The translations under genes were made by a program, and so were the position numbers. From a virus, in the IMG/VR virus record IMGVR_UViG_3300021519_000916, positions 72,507 to 136,506 of that record: a stretch of 64,000 bases of DNA; one strand, 5' to 3'. Shown here one piece after another: positions 18,513 to 27,547 of the stretch. The stretch's first letter is position 1, and the number at the start of each line of letters is the position of its first letter. A model generated the notes under the pieces. That model had not been told where the DNA came from and searched no databases. It worked only from the letters and a program-made list of their open reading frames with translations.

Positions 18513-19658
18513 ATGATAGACGCTTACTACGATCAAATATGTCAGGAGTGGGGAGTAATTCCCTCTTCCGATGTATGTACTGGATACGAATCGGTGTTGC
18601 CCAGCCTACAAGCATTAAGTAAAGAAGCATGGTTACTTGCCAACGACGCTGGCAAGGAACAAATACAACAAGAAGTATTTGACATCTATCGCCAGGTAAA
18701 CATTGTTCCTGTTACTTACTACAGCCTTGAAGGTTGCCGCAAACAATTAGTCGAATTATCAAATAAAAAGAAATTAGTCCAAGATCGCACACTTGGCGTT
18801 GGCAACAACGAAGGACTGGCTTTTGGCAGATTCTGGTTTCCAAATATGCAAGATGCAAAATGGAATACCAATGCAACTGTAAGCATACGTGCCCGCTTCA
18901 ATCATGATAATAAACTTAAACGTGCAATTAAGTTATGCTATGTACATCGTGACGAGGGCATTGATAGTGTCATCCCAAAGAATCTACGTAGAGCATTGGA
19001 ACTAGTCAACGGCGGCACAATACAAAACTTTAAGCCAATGAATGCCAGAGCCATTTGGGAATACATCTGTCCTAGCTTTATGGGTAGTGTGTTAGACTTT
19101 TCAAGTGGTTATGGCGGACGTATGATGGGTGCAATGACCAGCCGTATGCGATATCATTACACTGGCATAGATCCAAACACCCAAACATACCAAGGTCTCA
19201 ATGCCCTTGGGTCGTTGCTACATACATCTGGGTTGGGCTTAGGTTACGAAATGCACAATATACCTAGCGAAGAATTTAATCCAGTTGAGGGCGCATACGA
19301 TGCGGCTTTTTCAAGTCCGCCATACTTCAATCTTGAAACGTACACAGACGAACCAACACAATGTATGAATCGTTACCCTGGATTGGATTTATGGTTTGAA
19401 GGTTATGTAGTGCCTACATTAAAGATGATCTACAAAGGGTTAGCAAGCGACGGCATTTATGCTGTTAACATTGCCGATTATAAGAACGGTAAAGATCAGT
19501 TTGCCATTGTTGATCGTTGGAAAGCGATTAGCGGGCAAGTGGGATTTAAATATGTGGAACAGATAGATATGCTACTAAATGTTCGTCCCGGTGTTGGTAA
19601 TAACAAATTAGAAAAGGCCTACAAGTCAGAAGGTATTTACTTATTTAGAAAAGTGTAG
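18513..19658 (+). CDS. Amino-DNA methyltransferase (m4C/m6A)
   Basis: VLDFSSGYGGR SAM motif, GIDPN, FSSPPYF catalytic motif. Confidence 0.85.
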   Translation: MIDAYYDQICQEWGVIPSSDVCTGYESVLPSLQALSKEAWLLANDAGKEQIQQEVFDIYRQVNIVPVTYYSLEGCRKQLVELSNKKKLVQDRTLGVGNNEGLAFGRFWFPNMQDAKWNTNATVSIRARFNHDNKLKRAIKLCYVHRDEGIDSVIPKNLRRALELVNGGTIQNFKPMNARAIWEYICPSFMGSVLDFSSGYGGRMMGAMTSRMRYHYTGIDPNTQTYQGLNALGSLLHTSGLGLGYEMHNIPSEEFNPVEGAYDAAFSSPPYFNLETYTDEPTQCMNRYPGLDLWFEGYVVPTLKMIYKGLASDGIYAVNIADYKNGKDQFAIVDRWKAISGQVGFKYVEQIDMLLNVRPGVGNNKLEKAYKSEGIYLFRKV

Positions 19659-19664
19659 TATACT
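19636..19664 (+). promoter_or_regulatory. sigma70-type promoter, probable leaderless mRNA for GIY-YIG gene
   Basis: TTTACT-N17-TATACT, ATG 6 nt downstream, no SD. Confidence 0.45.
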
Positions 19665-19670
19665 GATAGC

Positions 19671-20318
19671 ATGTCAAAATTAGCCAGAATACTTGCACAA
19701 AATATTAGATCCGGATCCGGCAACCACGGATTAACAGAAGACCAATTATACGAAATATTCCATCCAGTTAATAACGTTGACCAATTGGCCTACAGTCTAT
19801 ACAAATGTGCCGAAGTAAGTGGCAAGAGTGCATTTACCACGCAGTTGGTTACGTTAAGTAGGCCATTGTTATCAGACTTTACAGCATGGCATCAAATTGA
19901 CGAACCATGGAACGAATCATGGAACTTTGATAAAGCTCACCCAGGATGCTACATATATGGATTGTTTGAAACTGTAGTGCCAGCTGGGCCAGCTGATTTT
20001 TTAGACAGTAATGTATTTTACATTGGCGAATCACGTGCCACCAGTAGGCATAGTATGTTGGGGAGACGCACAGATTTTAAAGGTACTGTACGCAATGATC
20101 GATTGAGTCCATATGGTTGTGGTACAGCATTTAAAATGCACTTTGGCAAAGATAAGATTAATTACGTGCATCAAGCATATCTGCCAATGCACCCAAGTTA
20201 CTGCAAAACCACAGAGTTAGATTTGTTAGCAGAATACTACAAAAAATATCAGCAAATACCAGCATGTAACCCACCTCTTGATTCCACTAAAGTAATAAAG
20301 CACTTAAAAAATCAGTAA
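19671..20318 (+). CDS. GIY-YIG-like endonuclease
   Basis: PGCYIY...FYIGES...RR...E..LL...P.CN. Confidence 0.6.
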   Translation: MSKLARILAQNIRSGSGNHGLTEDQLYEIFHPVNNVDQLAYSLYKCAEVSGKSAFTTQLVTLSRPLLSDFTAWHQIDEPWNESWNFDKAHPGCYIYGLFETVVPAGPADFLDSNVFYIGESRATSRHSMLGRRTDFKGTVRNDRLSPYGCGTAFKMHFGKDKINYVHQAYLPMHPSYCKTTELDLLAEYYKKYQQIPACNPPLDSTKVIKHLKNQ

Positions 20319-20377
20319 AATCAATGACTTACGTAGCCTATATTTTGGTTGTCCAATAAATCCATTTCGTTTACAAT
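20319..20377 (+). promoter_or_regulatory. Early promoter with upstream IHF-consensus site (copy 1)
   Basis: AATCAATGACTTA (WATCAANNNNTTR), then TTGTCC-N17-TACAAT. Confidence 0.7.
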
Positions 20378-20407
20378 AGCTTCATACAGTTAGATAACGG
20401 AGCAAAA

Positions 20408-20641
20408 ATGCAAAATTATGTGCAAATGACAGTTGGTGGAATGCAAGCGATGGTTCCAGTCGAACATGCTAAAAAAGTGCAAAAAAAGCAAGAACTAGTG
20501 GCACAAGCGATGCGCCTGCAAACAGGTATGGAATCTTGCACCGGCGTCGCCCACACGATTTTGCAAGAGCAGTTGATGGAAACCATGGGTAAAATCCGTA
20601 ATTTAAACCGTCGTATTCCCCCGTGCGTTAAATTTATCTAA
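20408..20641 (+). CDS. Early hypothetical protein
   Basis: SD GGAG, behind promoter. Confidence 0.7.
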   Translation: MQNYVQMTVGGMQAMVPVEHAKKVQKKQELVAQAMRLQTGMESCTGVAHTILQEQLMETMGKIRNLNRRIPPCVKFI

Positions 20642-20644
20642 TGA

Positions 20645-20704
20645 AATCAATGACTTACAACGTCTTTATTTTCGGTTGACCCGAAATTCAGGTCCGTGTA
20701 TAAT
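20645..20704 (+). promoter_or_regulatory. Early promoter with upstream IHF-consensus site (copy 2)
   Basis: AATCAATGACTTA, then TTGACC-N17-TATAAT; shares CATACAGTTAGATAAC leader with copy 1. Confidence 0.75.
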
Positions 20705-20736
20705 GTATACATACAGTTAGATAACAGGAGAAACAA

Positions 20737-21072
20737 ATGGATAAAAGCACGTTAGATTTTGCAGTAAAAAATGAAACTAAATTTTACATTGACGAAACTG
20801 ATAGCAAGTCCGGTCCTGTGGTTCGTTGGAACACCAGCAATAATATCCCGTTTCAAGACATGTTAGAAGCTTTTGTTAGCCTGGGCTACATTGGCCAATT
20901 GGAATTGCAGAACAGTTTGGATCAACGCAAAATTGAAGACCGTATTGCGATCGAAGCATATCGCAAGAATTTTAAGGGCTATGATTCCGAGACATTAGCG
21001 GAGATGCGTAGCGAATTTGGTTCTGGTGCTAAGGTAGTGAACGTGCTAACCGGTACGGTAACCCAACTGTAA
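20737..21072 (+). CDS. Early hypothetical protein
   Basis: SD AGGAG; EMRSEFG.G..VVNVLTG motif. Confidence 0.75.
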   Translation: MDKSTLDFAVKNETKFYIDETDSKSGPVVRWNTSNNIPFQDMLEAFVSLGYIGQLELQNSLDQRKIEDRIAIEAYRKNFKGYDSETLAEMRSEFGSGAKVVNVLTGTVTQL

Positions 21073-21084
21073 TTGGAGATGCAA

Positions 21085-21324
21085 ATGATTACATCAGTCA
21101 AACTGCAAGAGATAATTTCCCATACTCCGCAGACATTAGCCACTGTATTAGATTTTTCAGGTTATACTGGCGCACAATTTAAGAGCGCGGAGTTTATAGG
21201 TATCACCAATAGTGGTGAATTTTGCTACAAGGTTGTGTATCACGATGAGTGTGGTACGGGTGAGGCTGTGGGCAAAGTATTTTTGGCTTATAAAAAAGAT
21301 GGCACAGTGGTTGCTGATTATTAA
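21085..21324 (+). CDS. Early hypothetical protein
   Basis: SD GGAG; FIGITNSGEFCY. Confidence 0.7.
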   Translation: MITSVKLQEIISHTPQTLATVLDFSGYTGAQFKSAEFIGITNSGEFCYKVVYHDECGTGEAVGKVFLAYKKDGTVVADY

Positions 21325-21337
21325 TTAAGGAATAAAA

Positions 21338-21529
21338 ATGGATATTACATTGCGTAAGATAACAGCAACAGAAGCAGAAGATTTGTCGTATAGCCAGGAG
21401 TATGCAGAATACATCATGGAGCATAGTGCAGGTGATCGACTTATCTGTAACGGCGACACTTTACTAGAAGCGCAAGAAGATGGATACTTGTGGGAGAGTT
21501 TTTTAGATAGCATGGGATTGGAAGAATAA
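21338..21529 (+). CDS. Small acidic early protein
   Basis: SD AAGGA; YAEYIM...ICNGDTL. Confidence 0.7.
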   Translation: MDITLRKITATEAEDLSYSQEYAEYIMEHSAGDRLICNGDTLLEAQEDGYLWESFLDSMGLEE

Positions 21530-21536
21530 TTTTTGG

Positions 21537-21565
21537 TTGTCCAATAAATCCGTTTACCGTATAAT
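21537..21565 (+). promoter_or_regulatory. Early sigma70 promoter
   Basis: TTGTCC-AATAAATC..-TATAAT, N17. Confidence 0.75.
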
Positions 21566-21595
21566 ATGTGTATAGTTAATAACAAGGAGTAGTTC

Positions 21596-22051
21596 ATGAA
21601 GACGTTCCAATTTGCAGGTTTTAGTCGTGTAGCCGGTGAACTTAAATTTCGCACCGCAATGAGTCAAGCCCGTGCTCAGCAATTGGCCAAGCTCGGCGAC
21701 ACTGATGTCAATATGACTATACTTCCTACACTAATGTCTAAAACAGAAGCCGCTAAATGGTGCTTGACTTCACCTGTGTTTGACAAGTGTGGCGAAGATG
21801 TGTTGGCATTGTTTACTACCAATGCAGTGGATGAGAATCCGTTTGTTGCCAAGGCACCCAAGGCAGTTAAAAAGCCAAAGACCGTTAAGGTTACTGTCCC
21901 GGCCGCAAAGGTCCAAGGACTCGTCAAAGCTAAGACAGTCATCTATGAGGATGTTGCACCATCACAATCCTCAAAAGATAAAGCAAAGGCACGTGCCGAG
22001 TTTATGAAGATGCTCGCGGAAGTGCGCGACGAAGTTGAGCGTGGCGTATAA
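21596..22051 (+). CDS. Early hypothetical protein, Lys/Ala-rich C-terminal half
   Basis: SD AAGGAG. Confidence 0.75.
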   Translation: MKTFQFAGFSRVAGELKFRTAMSQARAQQLAKLGDTDVNMTILPTLMSKTEAAKWCLTSPVFDKCGEDVLALFTTNAVDENPFVAKAPKAVKKPKTVKVTVPAAKVQGLVKAKTVIYEDVAPSQSSKDKAKARAEFMKMLAEVRDEVERGV

Positions 22052-22056
22052 TACAG

Positions 22057-22085
22057 TTGACCAATAAATCGTAACATCGTATAAT
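22057..22085 (+). promoter_or_regulatory. Early sigma70 promoter
   Basis: TTGACC-AATAAATC..-TATAAT, N17. Confidence 0.8.
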
Positions 22086-22114
22086 AGTTTTACATTAACA
22101 AAAAGGAGTTTTAA

Positions 22115-23218
22115 ATGGCCGTGACTGAAAACCGTAGTGTAACCCCAAACGAAGCACGTAGTCGTGTTTTGCGTTGTTTTAAAAATAAGCGTCCTGTTTT
22201 CTTGTGGGGTCCTCCGGGAATCGGCAAGTCAGAATTGGTTGCTGGTTTGTGTGAAGATCTCGGCGGGCATATGATTGATATGCGACTGGGACAATGTGAG
22301 CCAACTGACATCCGTGGTATCCCGTTCTTCAATAAAAATAAAGAGGTAATGGATTGGGCTCCCCCAATTGAATTGCCTAGCGAAGAACTCGCTAAAAAGT
22401 ATCCTATCATTGTGTTGTTCTTGGATGAGCTGAACTCAGCGGCTCCGGCTGTGCAAGCGGCAGCTTATCAATTGATTTTGAATCGTGGTGTCGGTACTTA
22501 TCGCTTGCCGGACAATGTTGTTATGGTTGCCGCAGGTAATCGCGAATCTGACAAGGGTGTTACTTATCGTATGCCAAGTCCTTTGGCGAATCGTTTCGTT
22601 CACTTGGAAGTGCGGACAGATTTCCAATCTTGGGAACAGTGGGCTGTCAATCACAAAATCCACAAGGACGTTGTTGGTTACATCGGTTTTGCTAAACAGG
22701 ACTTGATGGACTTTGATCCTAAATCGTCAAGCCGTGCGTTTGCTACTCCGCGTAGCTGGTTCTTTGTGTCACAGTTTCTTGAGGACGATGAAGCAACCGA
22801 TGCAGAGCTTGTAGATTTGATCTCAGGTACTATTGGCGAAGGACTTGCTATTAAGTTTATGGCACACCGCAAAGTGTCTGGGCAGATGCCAAAAGCAGAA
22901 GATATTTTGGCCGGTAAAGTCAAGGAACTCAAAGTTAAGGAAGTGTCAGCGATGTATTCGCTTACTATTAGCCTGTGCTACGAGCTCCAGGAACAGTTTA
23001 AGAAACTCGGTAAAGATAAACTGTCCGACTGGCACGCTCAAGCGGATCACTTCCTACGTTTTATGATGGATAATTTTACTACAGAGCTCGTTGTTATGGG
23101 TGCTCGTGTTGCGCTAACCACGTATAACTTGCCCATGGTTCCAGGTAAGATGAAATCGTTTGATGAGTTCCATCAGCGTTTTGGCAAATACATCATTGCC
23201 GCAAGTGGCAAGAACTAA
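22115..23218 (+). CDS. MoxR-like AAA+ ATPase
   Basis: Walker A GPPGIGKS, Walker B LFLDELN, AAGNR, LANRF. Confidence 0.9.
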   Translation: MAVTENRSVTPNEARSRVLRCFKNKRPVFLWGPPGIGKSELVAGLCEDLGGHMIDMRLGQCEPTDIRGIPFFNKNKEVMDWAPPIELPSEELAKKYPIIVLFLDELNSAAPAVQAAAYQLILNRGVGTYRLPDNVVMVAAGNRESDKGVTYRMPSPLANRFVHLEVRTDFQSWEQWAVNHKIHKDVVGYIGFAKQDLMDFDPKSSSRAFATPRSWFFVSQFLEDDEATDAELVDLISGTIGEGLAIKFMAHRKVSGQMPKAEDILAGKVKELKVKEVSAMYSLTISLCYELQEQFKKLGKDKLSDWHAQADHFLRFMMDNFTTELVVMGARVALTTYNLPMVPGKMKSFDEFHQRFGKYIIAASGKN

Positions 23219-23229
23219 GAATCCGTTAG

Positions 23230-23271
23230 TCACGGTCGGGGGCATTCGTGAGATATAAGTCCTCCGTTTTT
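23230..23271 (+). terminator. Terminator-like / pseudoknot-capable structure after AAA gene
   Basis: CGGGGG(23237-42)/CCTCCG(23261-66) followed by T5; interleaved TCACG/CGTGA stem. Confidence 0.4.
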
Positions 23272-23574
23272 ATAGTGCTACTGCTACATGGTTGCGCGGC
23301 ACCAGTTATGTTCGGTGTAGGTGCTACCAGTATAGCAGTAACAGAAACTACTGGAAAATCTGTAACCGACCATGTTGTTAGTACAGCAAAGGAAAAAGAT
23401 TGCAGACTCTCAAGATATTTTAAAGGTGAGCAAGTGTGCCAAGAAGTAGAAACTGTACGATCATCTGTTACTGTTAGTAGTCCAACAAGACCTATAATAA
23501 TTGATTCAAACTCAACGATTAAATCGTATGAAGAGGTATTGGTAAGGCGGCGAAACACGTCTTACGTTAAATAG
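23248..23574 (+). CDS. Putative lipoprotein
   Basis: Signal peptide with lipobox LLLHGC. Confidence 0.6.
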   Translation: MRYKSSVFIVLLLHGCAAPVMFGVGATSIAVTETTGKSVTDHVVSTAKEKDCRLSRYFKGEQVCQEVETVRSSVTVSSPTRPIIIDSNSTIKSYEEVLVRRRNTSYVK

Positions 23575-23580
23575 TATTAG

Positions 23581-23610
23581 TAGACCAATAAATCAAAGTC
23601 GTGCTATACT
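23581..23610 (+). promoter_or_regulatory. Early-type promoter
   Basis: TAGACC-AATAAATC..-TGC-TATACT, N18. Confidence 0.6.
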
Positions 23611-23639
23611 ATGTATATAAATTAATCAAAGGAAGAAAA

Positions 23640-24923
23640 ATGGCAAATCACGTAATCCATAATGTTGCAGTAGCAGAACCCGAAGCTACCGCACCGGTTC
23701 GTAAGCCCACAGATCCTAAAGTTGATGCCGCGGCACGTGAAAAATTGATTACTGCACGTATTGGACTCTTGCTCAAGGCACCGTTCTTTGGTAACCTTGC
23801 AACACGTATGACTCTAGTAAACGGTGACGACTGGTTGCCCACCGCCGCAACAGACGGACGTAAATTTTACTACAATTCGGAATTCGTCAACAACATGCCT
23901 TTGAAGCAGGTTGAGTTTTTGGTTGGGCATGAAGTATTACATGCCGTATATGATCATATGGGACGACGCGGCGAACGTAATCCTAAAGTGTGGAACATTG
24001 CAGATGACTTTTGCGTTAATGCAGATTTGATTGAACAAAAGATTGGCGAAAAGATTACCGTATGCGGCGTATTGTATGATCCCAAATACAAAGGTATGTC
24101 AGCAGAAGAAGTATACGATGACCTAATGAAGAATGCCAACAAAATTAATTTTGATGATCTTGCTAAATTGTTGCTGGACGAGCACTTAGATGGTGACGGT
24201 GACGGTGACGGTAAAGAAGGCGACAAAGATGGTAAGGGTCGTCCTAAATTGTCCGATGCTGAGAAAAAAGCCATCCGCGATGAGATTAAAGAAGCAGTAA
24301 TCTCAGCTGCCAATGCTGCTGGCGCAGGTAACTTGCCAAGTGGCGTCAAGCGTCTTATTAAGGACATGACGGAACCACAAATTAGTTGGAAGGAATTGTT
24401 GGAGCAACAAATCCAAAGCACCATTAAAAATGATTTTTCTTTTGCTCGTCCAAATCGTAAGGGCTGGCACATGGATGCTATTCTTCCGGGAATGAAGCCA
24501 GGCGACACCATTGACATTGCTGTTTGTATTGACCAATCGGGTAGTATTAGCGGAGAAGATAGCAAGTGTTTCCTAAGTGAGATCCGTGGCATCATGGAAG
24601 CATACGATGAATACAAGATTCGCTTGTGGTGCTTTGATACTGAAATTTACAACGATCAAGAGTTTAACAGCGACAATATGAAAGACATCGCCGAATACGA
24701 ACCAATGGGCGGTGGCGGTACTGACTTTATGGCAAATTGGACTTACATGAAAGAACATGGTATCGAACCCAAGAAGTTTATCATGTTTACAGATGGTATG
24801 CCGTTTGGTGAATGGGGCGATGAAAATTATTGTGATACCGTTTGGATTATTAAAGGTAATCCCGGATGTGAGCCACCATGGGGCATTTGGGCGCACTACG
24901 AAGAAGAGGCTAAAAAGAAATGA
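23640..24923 (+). CDS. Metallopeptidase-like (HExxH) + VWA domain protein (DUF2201-like), MoxR partner
   Basis: TAATDG, HEVLH, WNIA.D, MIDAS DQSGS, GGGGTDF, FTDG. Confidence 0.88.
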   Translation: MANHVIHNVAVAEPEATAPVRKPTDPKVDAAAREKLITARIGLLLKAPFFGNLATRMTLVNGDDWLPTAATDGRKFYYNSEFVNNMPLKQVEFLVGHEVLHAVYDHMGRRGERNPKVWNIADDFCVNADLIEQKIGEKITVCGVLYDPKYKGMSAEEVYDDLMKNANKINFDDLAKLLLDEHLDGDGDGDGKEGDKDGKGRPKLSDAEKKAIRDEIKEAVISAANAAGAGNLPSGVKRLIKDMTEPQISWKELLEQQIQSTIKNDFSFARPNRKGWHMDAILPGMKPGDTIDIAVCIDQSGSISGEDSKCFLSEIRGIMEAYDEYKIRLWCFDTEIYNDQEFNSDNMKDIAEYEPMGGGGTDFMANWTYMKEHGIEPKKFIMFTDGMPFGEWGDENYCDTVWIIKGNPGCEPPWGIWAHYEEEAKKK

Positions 24924-25114
24924 GAATTACTAACCAACAAGCATACGAAACTTATCAGCAGATACAGGACATAAAGAAACTTGAGCGTAGACACGAAGCT
25001 CTCCAAGTCGAAGAACGACGTATACACGACCAAATTAAAGCCAACGATGCGGCACGTACCGAATACAATCGCCGTATGGGACGCAATGGACAAAACGTAG
25101 ATGTACTCGCATAA
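24920..25114 (+). CDS. Small hypothetical protein
   Basis: ATGA coupling; ends GQNVDVLA. Confidence 0.6.
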   Translation: MRITNQQAYETYQQIQDIKKLERRHEALQVEERRIHDQIKANDAARTEYNRRMGRNGQNVDVLA

Positions 25115-25122
25115 AGAAAACT

Positions 25123-25452
25123 ATGAAAACTATATTGCATAATGTAAACACCACTGCTGTTCCTGAAAAAGATTTGCCTCTTACTCCCGAAGTAAAACTA
25201 ATCAATGCTCCGGAGGATCTCGATACAGCAATTAAACGTATCATGGCACTGGAGATGGCGCTTGAGGATATTTCAAGGGCCGCAGAAATTGTTAGTATTA
25301 CAGGGCAGTTGAGTATTTTAGATAGCTTTAAAAGAGCCGCGGACACAACTCTGGAGTCTAAGATCCAAATTGAGCAACCAGATATGAATGAGAATTTTAA
25401 ACTTACTGTTATCACCGACAAAGAAGAAAGCACTAGTGCTGAAACTAAATGA
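25123..25452 (+). CDS. Hypothetical protein
   Basis: ORF in operon. Confidence 0.65.
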   Translation: MKTILHNVNTTAVPEKDLPLTPEVKLINAPEDLDTAIKRIMALEMALEDISRAAEIVSITGQLSILDSFKRAADTTLESKIQIEQPDMNENFKLTVITDKEESTSAETK

Positions 25453-25723
25453 TGTAAATCCACTGTCCGTTTTTGGGTTGCGACAAGTTGATCATTGTCC
25501 CCCGCATTTTGTTGTATTTCGATTTGAAGTATATACCCAAGAAAAAACAATTACAGATTGGATTTGGGAGAACCTCGAAGGGAGGTTCTTTTTTGGTGAC
25601 GACTATATAAGCACTACTGGGGGAAGTGTGGCAATGCAAAAAATGGTTGGGTTTGAGATTCCGGGAGAAGCTAGTTATTTTACCCTATTGCTGAGCACGT
25701 TTAATAGTCCAGAAAACTGGTAA
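25436..25723 (+). CDS. Conserved hypothetical phage protein
   Basis: NPL.VFGLR....PPHF...WIWENLEGRF...GFE. Confidence 0.7.
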   Translation: MLKLNDVNPLSVFGLRQVDHCPPHFVVFRFEVYTQEKTITDWIWENLEGRFFFGDDYISTTGGSVAMQKMVGFEIPGEASYFTLLLSTFNSPENW

Positions 25724-25790
25724 GAAAAAATTTTTCCACTCTGACTGTAGGTAGTAAATATATGCATAGTTTATATTTATTGGAGATACT

Positions 25791-26042
25791 ATGTCAGACA
25801 CAACACAAACAACAGAGCAAGTTCAGTCAACTGATTCCGTCCCAGCGCAATTACAGTTAGCTGATATTTTGTTGGCAGCACAAGCAATTAGTCTTGCTAG
25901 CCAACGCGGCGCATTTAAGGCCGAAGAATTCACACAAATAGGTGGTTGTTTTGATCGCATTACTGCATTCCTCAGGGATAGTGGTGCGCTCAATACGGCT
26001 CCTGCTAGTGAACAAACAGCTGACCAATCATCAGCTGAATAA
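25791..26042 (+). CDS. Conserved hypothetical phage protein
   Basis: GTAAATA late motif at 25754, SD GGAG; ASQRGAFKAEE. Confidence 0.75.
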   Translation: MSDTTQTTEQVQSTDSVPAQLQLADILLAAQAISLASQRGAFKAEEFTQIGGCFDRITAFLRDSGALNTAPASEQTADQSSAE

Positions 26043-26053
26043 AGGAAAATAAA

Positions 26054-26752
26054 ATGATCAAACATGTCGGAAAACACAACAACAAAAAGATAGTATTACT
26101 ATGGCGTCAGGTTCCCAACGATGCTCATATGGCTTTAGTGGCCTATAGCGATACATTACCACGTATGATACACGACGAAGTAATGAAATGCTTAGAGAGT
26201 GCTGTTGGACAGAATGCCAAGGATTTGTCGGATGTGTTATTCCGCACTATTATGTCCGATGGACGTAATGCCCTTGAAGTAATGCACAAAGAAGGATTTA
26301 TTAAGAAGGTTCCTACAAGTCAAATTTTGATTACACCGACTGCAAAGTCAAGTGTGCGATTAGACGAATTAAACAACATTCTTGATGAAATGGAAAAGGG
26401 CGAAGAGGCCGTGAAGCGTATGGCAGACCTTGACAACAATTCTGGATTACAAACAAAGAAGCGTCGTACAGAAGGCCGTGAAGTTGGCATGCCGCCAAAC
26501 AATTCTAGTGTTAGCAGAACTAACATTGATGTTGAAGGCACAGACTCCGCAGCAGCGTATCTTAAAGGTACATTGAGCGATACTGACTTAGCAGAACAAC
26601 GCATGAGTCAAGCTGAAAAAATGAAGGACCAAGCCAAGATATTAATGGCTGAAGCCGAACGCTTAATGAACGAAGCCAAACAATTTACTCCTGCTAAAAA
26701 TGTCAACACAAAAACCAAAAAAACCACGGCAGCAAAAAAGCAGGCGGCTTAA
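26054..26752 (+). CDS. Conserved hypothetical phage protein
   Basis: SD AAGGA; MIKHVG...LDELN. Confidence 0.75.
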   Translation: MIKHVGKHNNKKIVLLWRQVPNDAHMALVAYSDTLPRMIHDEVMKCLESAVGQNAKDLSDVLFRTIMSDGRNALEVMHKEGFIKKVPTSQILITPTAKSSVRLDELNNILDEMEKGEEAVKRMADLDNNSGLQTKKRRTEGREVGMPPNNSSVSRTNIDVEGTDSAAAYLKGTLSDTDLAEQRMSQAEKMKDQAKILMAEAERLMNEAKQFTPAKNVNTKTKKTTAAKKQAA

Positions 26753-27044
26753 TTTAAACAGTAAAGAGAAATGGGAACGCTTGCTCAAGGAAGTACACAA
26801 AGAGCAAGTCCCTGTTGGTGTATTACTCTCTATTACTGTTAATCTCAAAGACGGAACTGCTGTAGATGTTAATGTTGCTGAAATGCTAGAAGAAGGCCAA
26901 GATCCCGATTTTGTTGAACATGTTATTAACGAAAAGTTAAAAGCACTGGGAGATATTATTGCGGATGTTGACTTTCATATTAGCGTTGATGCAGTATCAA
27001 AAGTAATTCAACCCTTTACAGATAACCTCCTAAAAGACTTATGA
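26700..27044 (+). CDS. Hypothetical phage protein
   Basis: ORF coupled to DHFR. Confidence 0.7.
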   Translation: MSTQKPKKPRQQKSRRLNLNSKEKWERLLKEVHKEQVPVGVLLSITVNLKDGTAVDVNVAEMLEEGQDPDFVEHVINEKLKALGDIIADVDFHISVDAVSKVIQPFTDNLLKDL

Positions 27045-27547
27045 TAAATGCTATATTTGCCGTAGACCATTATGGCGGTATGGGATTCAATGGCACATTG
27101 CCTTGGCCCCATAATGCCGCAGATTTGGCTAACTTTAAAAAAGCAACAACCAACCACGTTGTGGTAATGGGACGGAATACATGGGACGATCCAAAAATGC
27201 CCAAGCCATTGCCAGAACGAATTGTGTACGTGGCCAGTAAGCATCCTGTTACTAAAGCAGGTCGTGTAGAAGGTGATATTGTAGAACGAGTATTGGCATT
27301 AGAAAAACAACACCCGGATCGTATTATTTGGGTAGTAGGTGGCCCTGCAATACTTGAAGCGTGTGTCGATATATTTGATCAAATTCACTTGACACATTTC
27401 AAAGGTTCGTATAAAATAGATACTAAGATAAACCTTAAATCCTTCTTAACAGGATTTAGTATCAGGCACGCTACAGTAGCACCTGACTTTAAATCAACTT
27501 TTATAAGATATGAACCATTATTTAGCCGCGTTAAAACAAGTACTTGA
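27041..27547 (+). CDS. frd: Dihydrofolate reductase
   Basis: GMGFNGTLPW, DLANFK, VVMGRNTW, PLPER, WVVGG. Confidence 0.92.
   Translation: MINAIFAVDHYGGMGFNGTLPWPHNAADLANFKKATTNHVVVMGRNTWDDPKMPKPLPERIVYVASKHPVTKAGRVEGDIVERVLALEKQHPDRIIWVVGGPAILEACVDIFDQIHLTHFKGSYKIDTKINLKSFLTGFSIRHATVAPDFKSTFIRYEPLFSRVKTST

Noticed and set aside
20319-23610. CRISPR-like repeat array
   Set aside because: The repeats are degenerate promoter modules separated by whole genes, not 30-40 nt spacers; no cas genes
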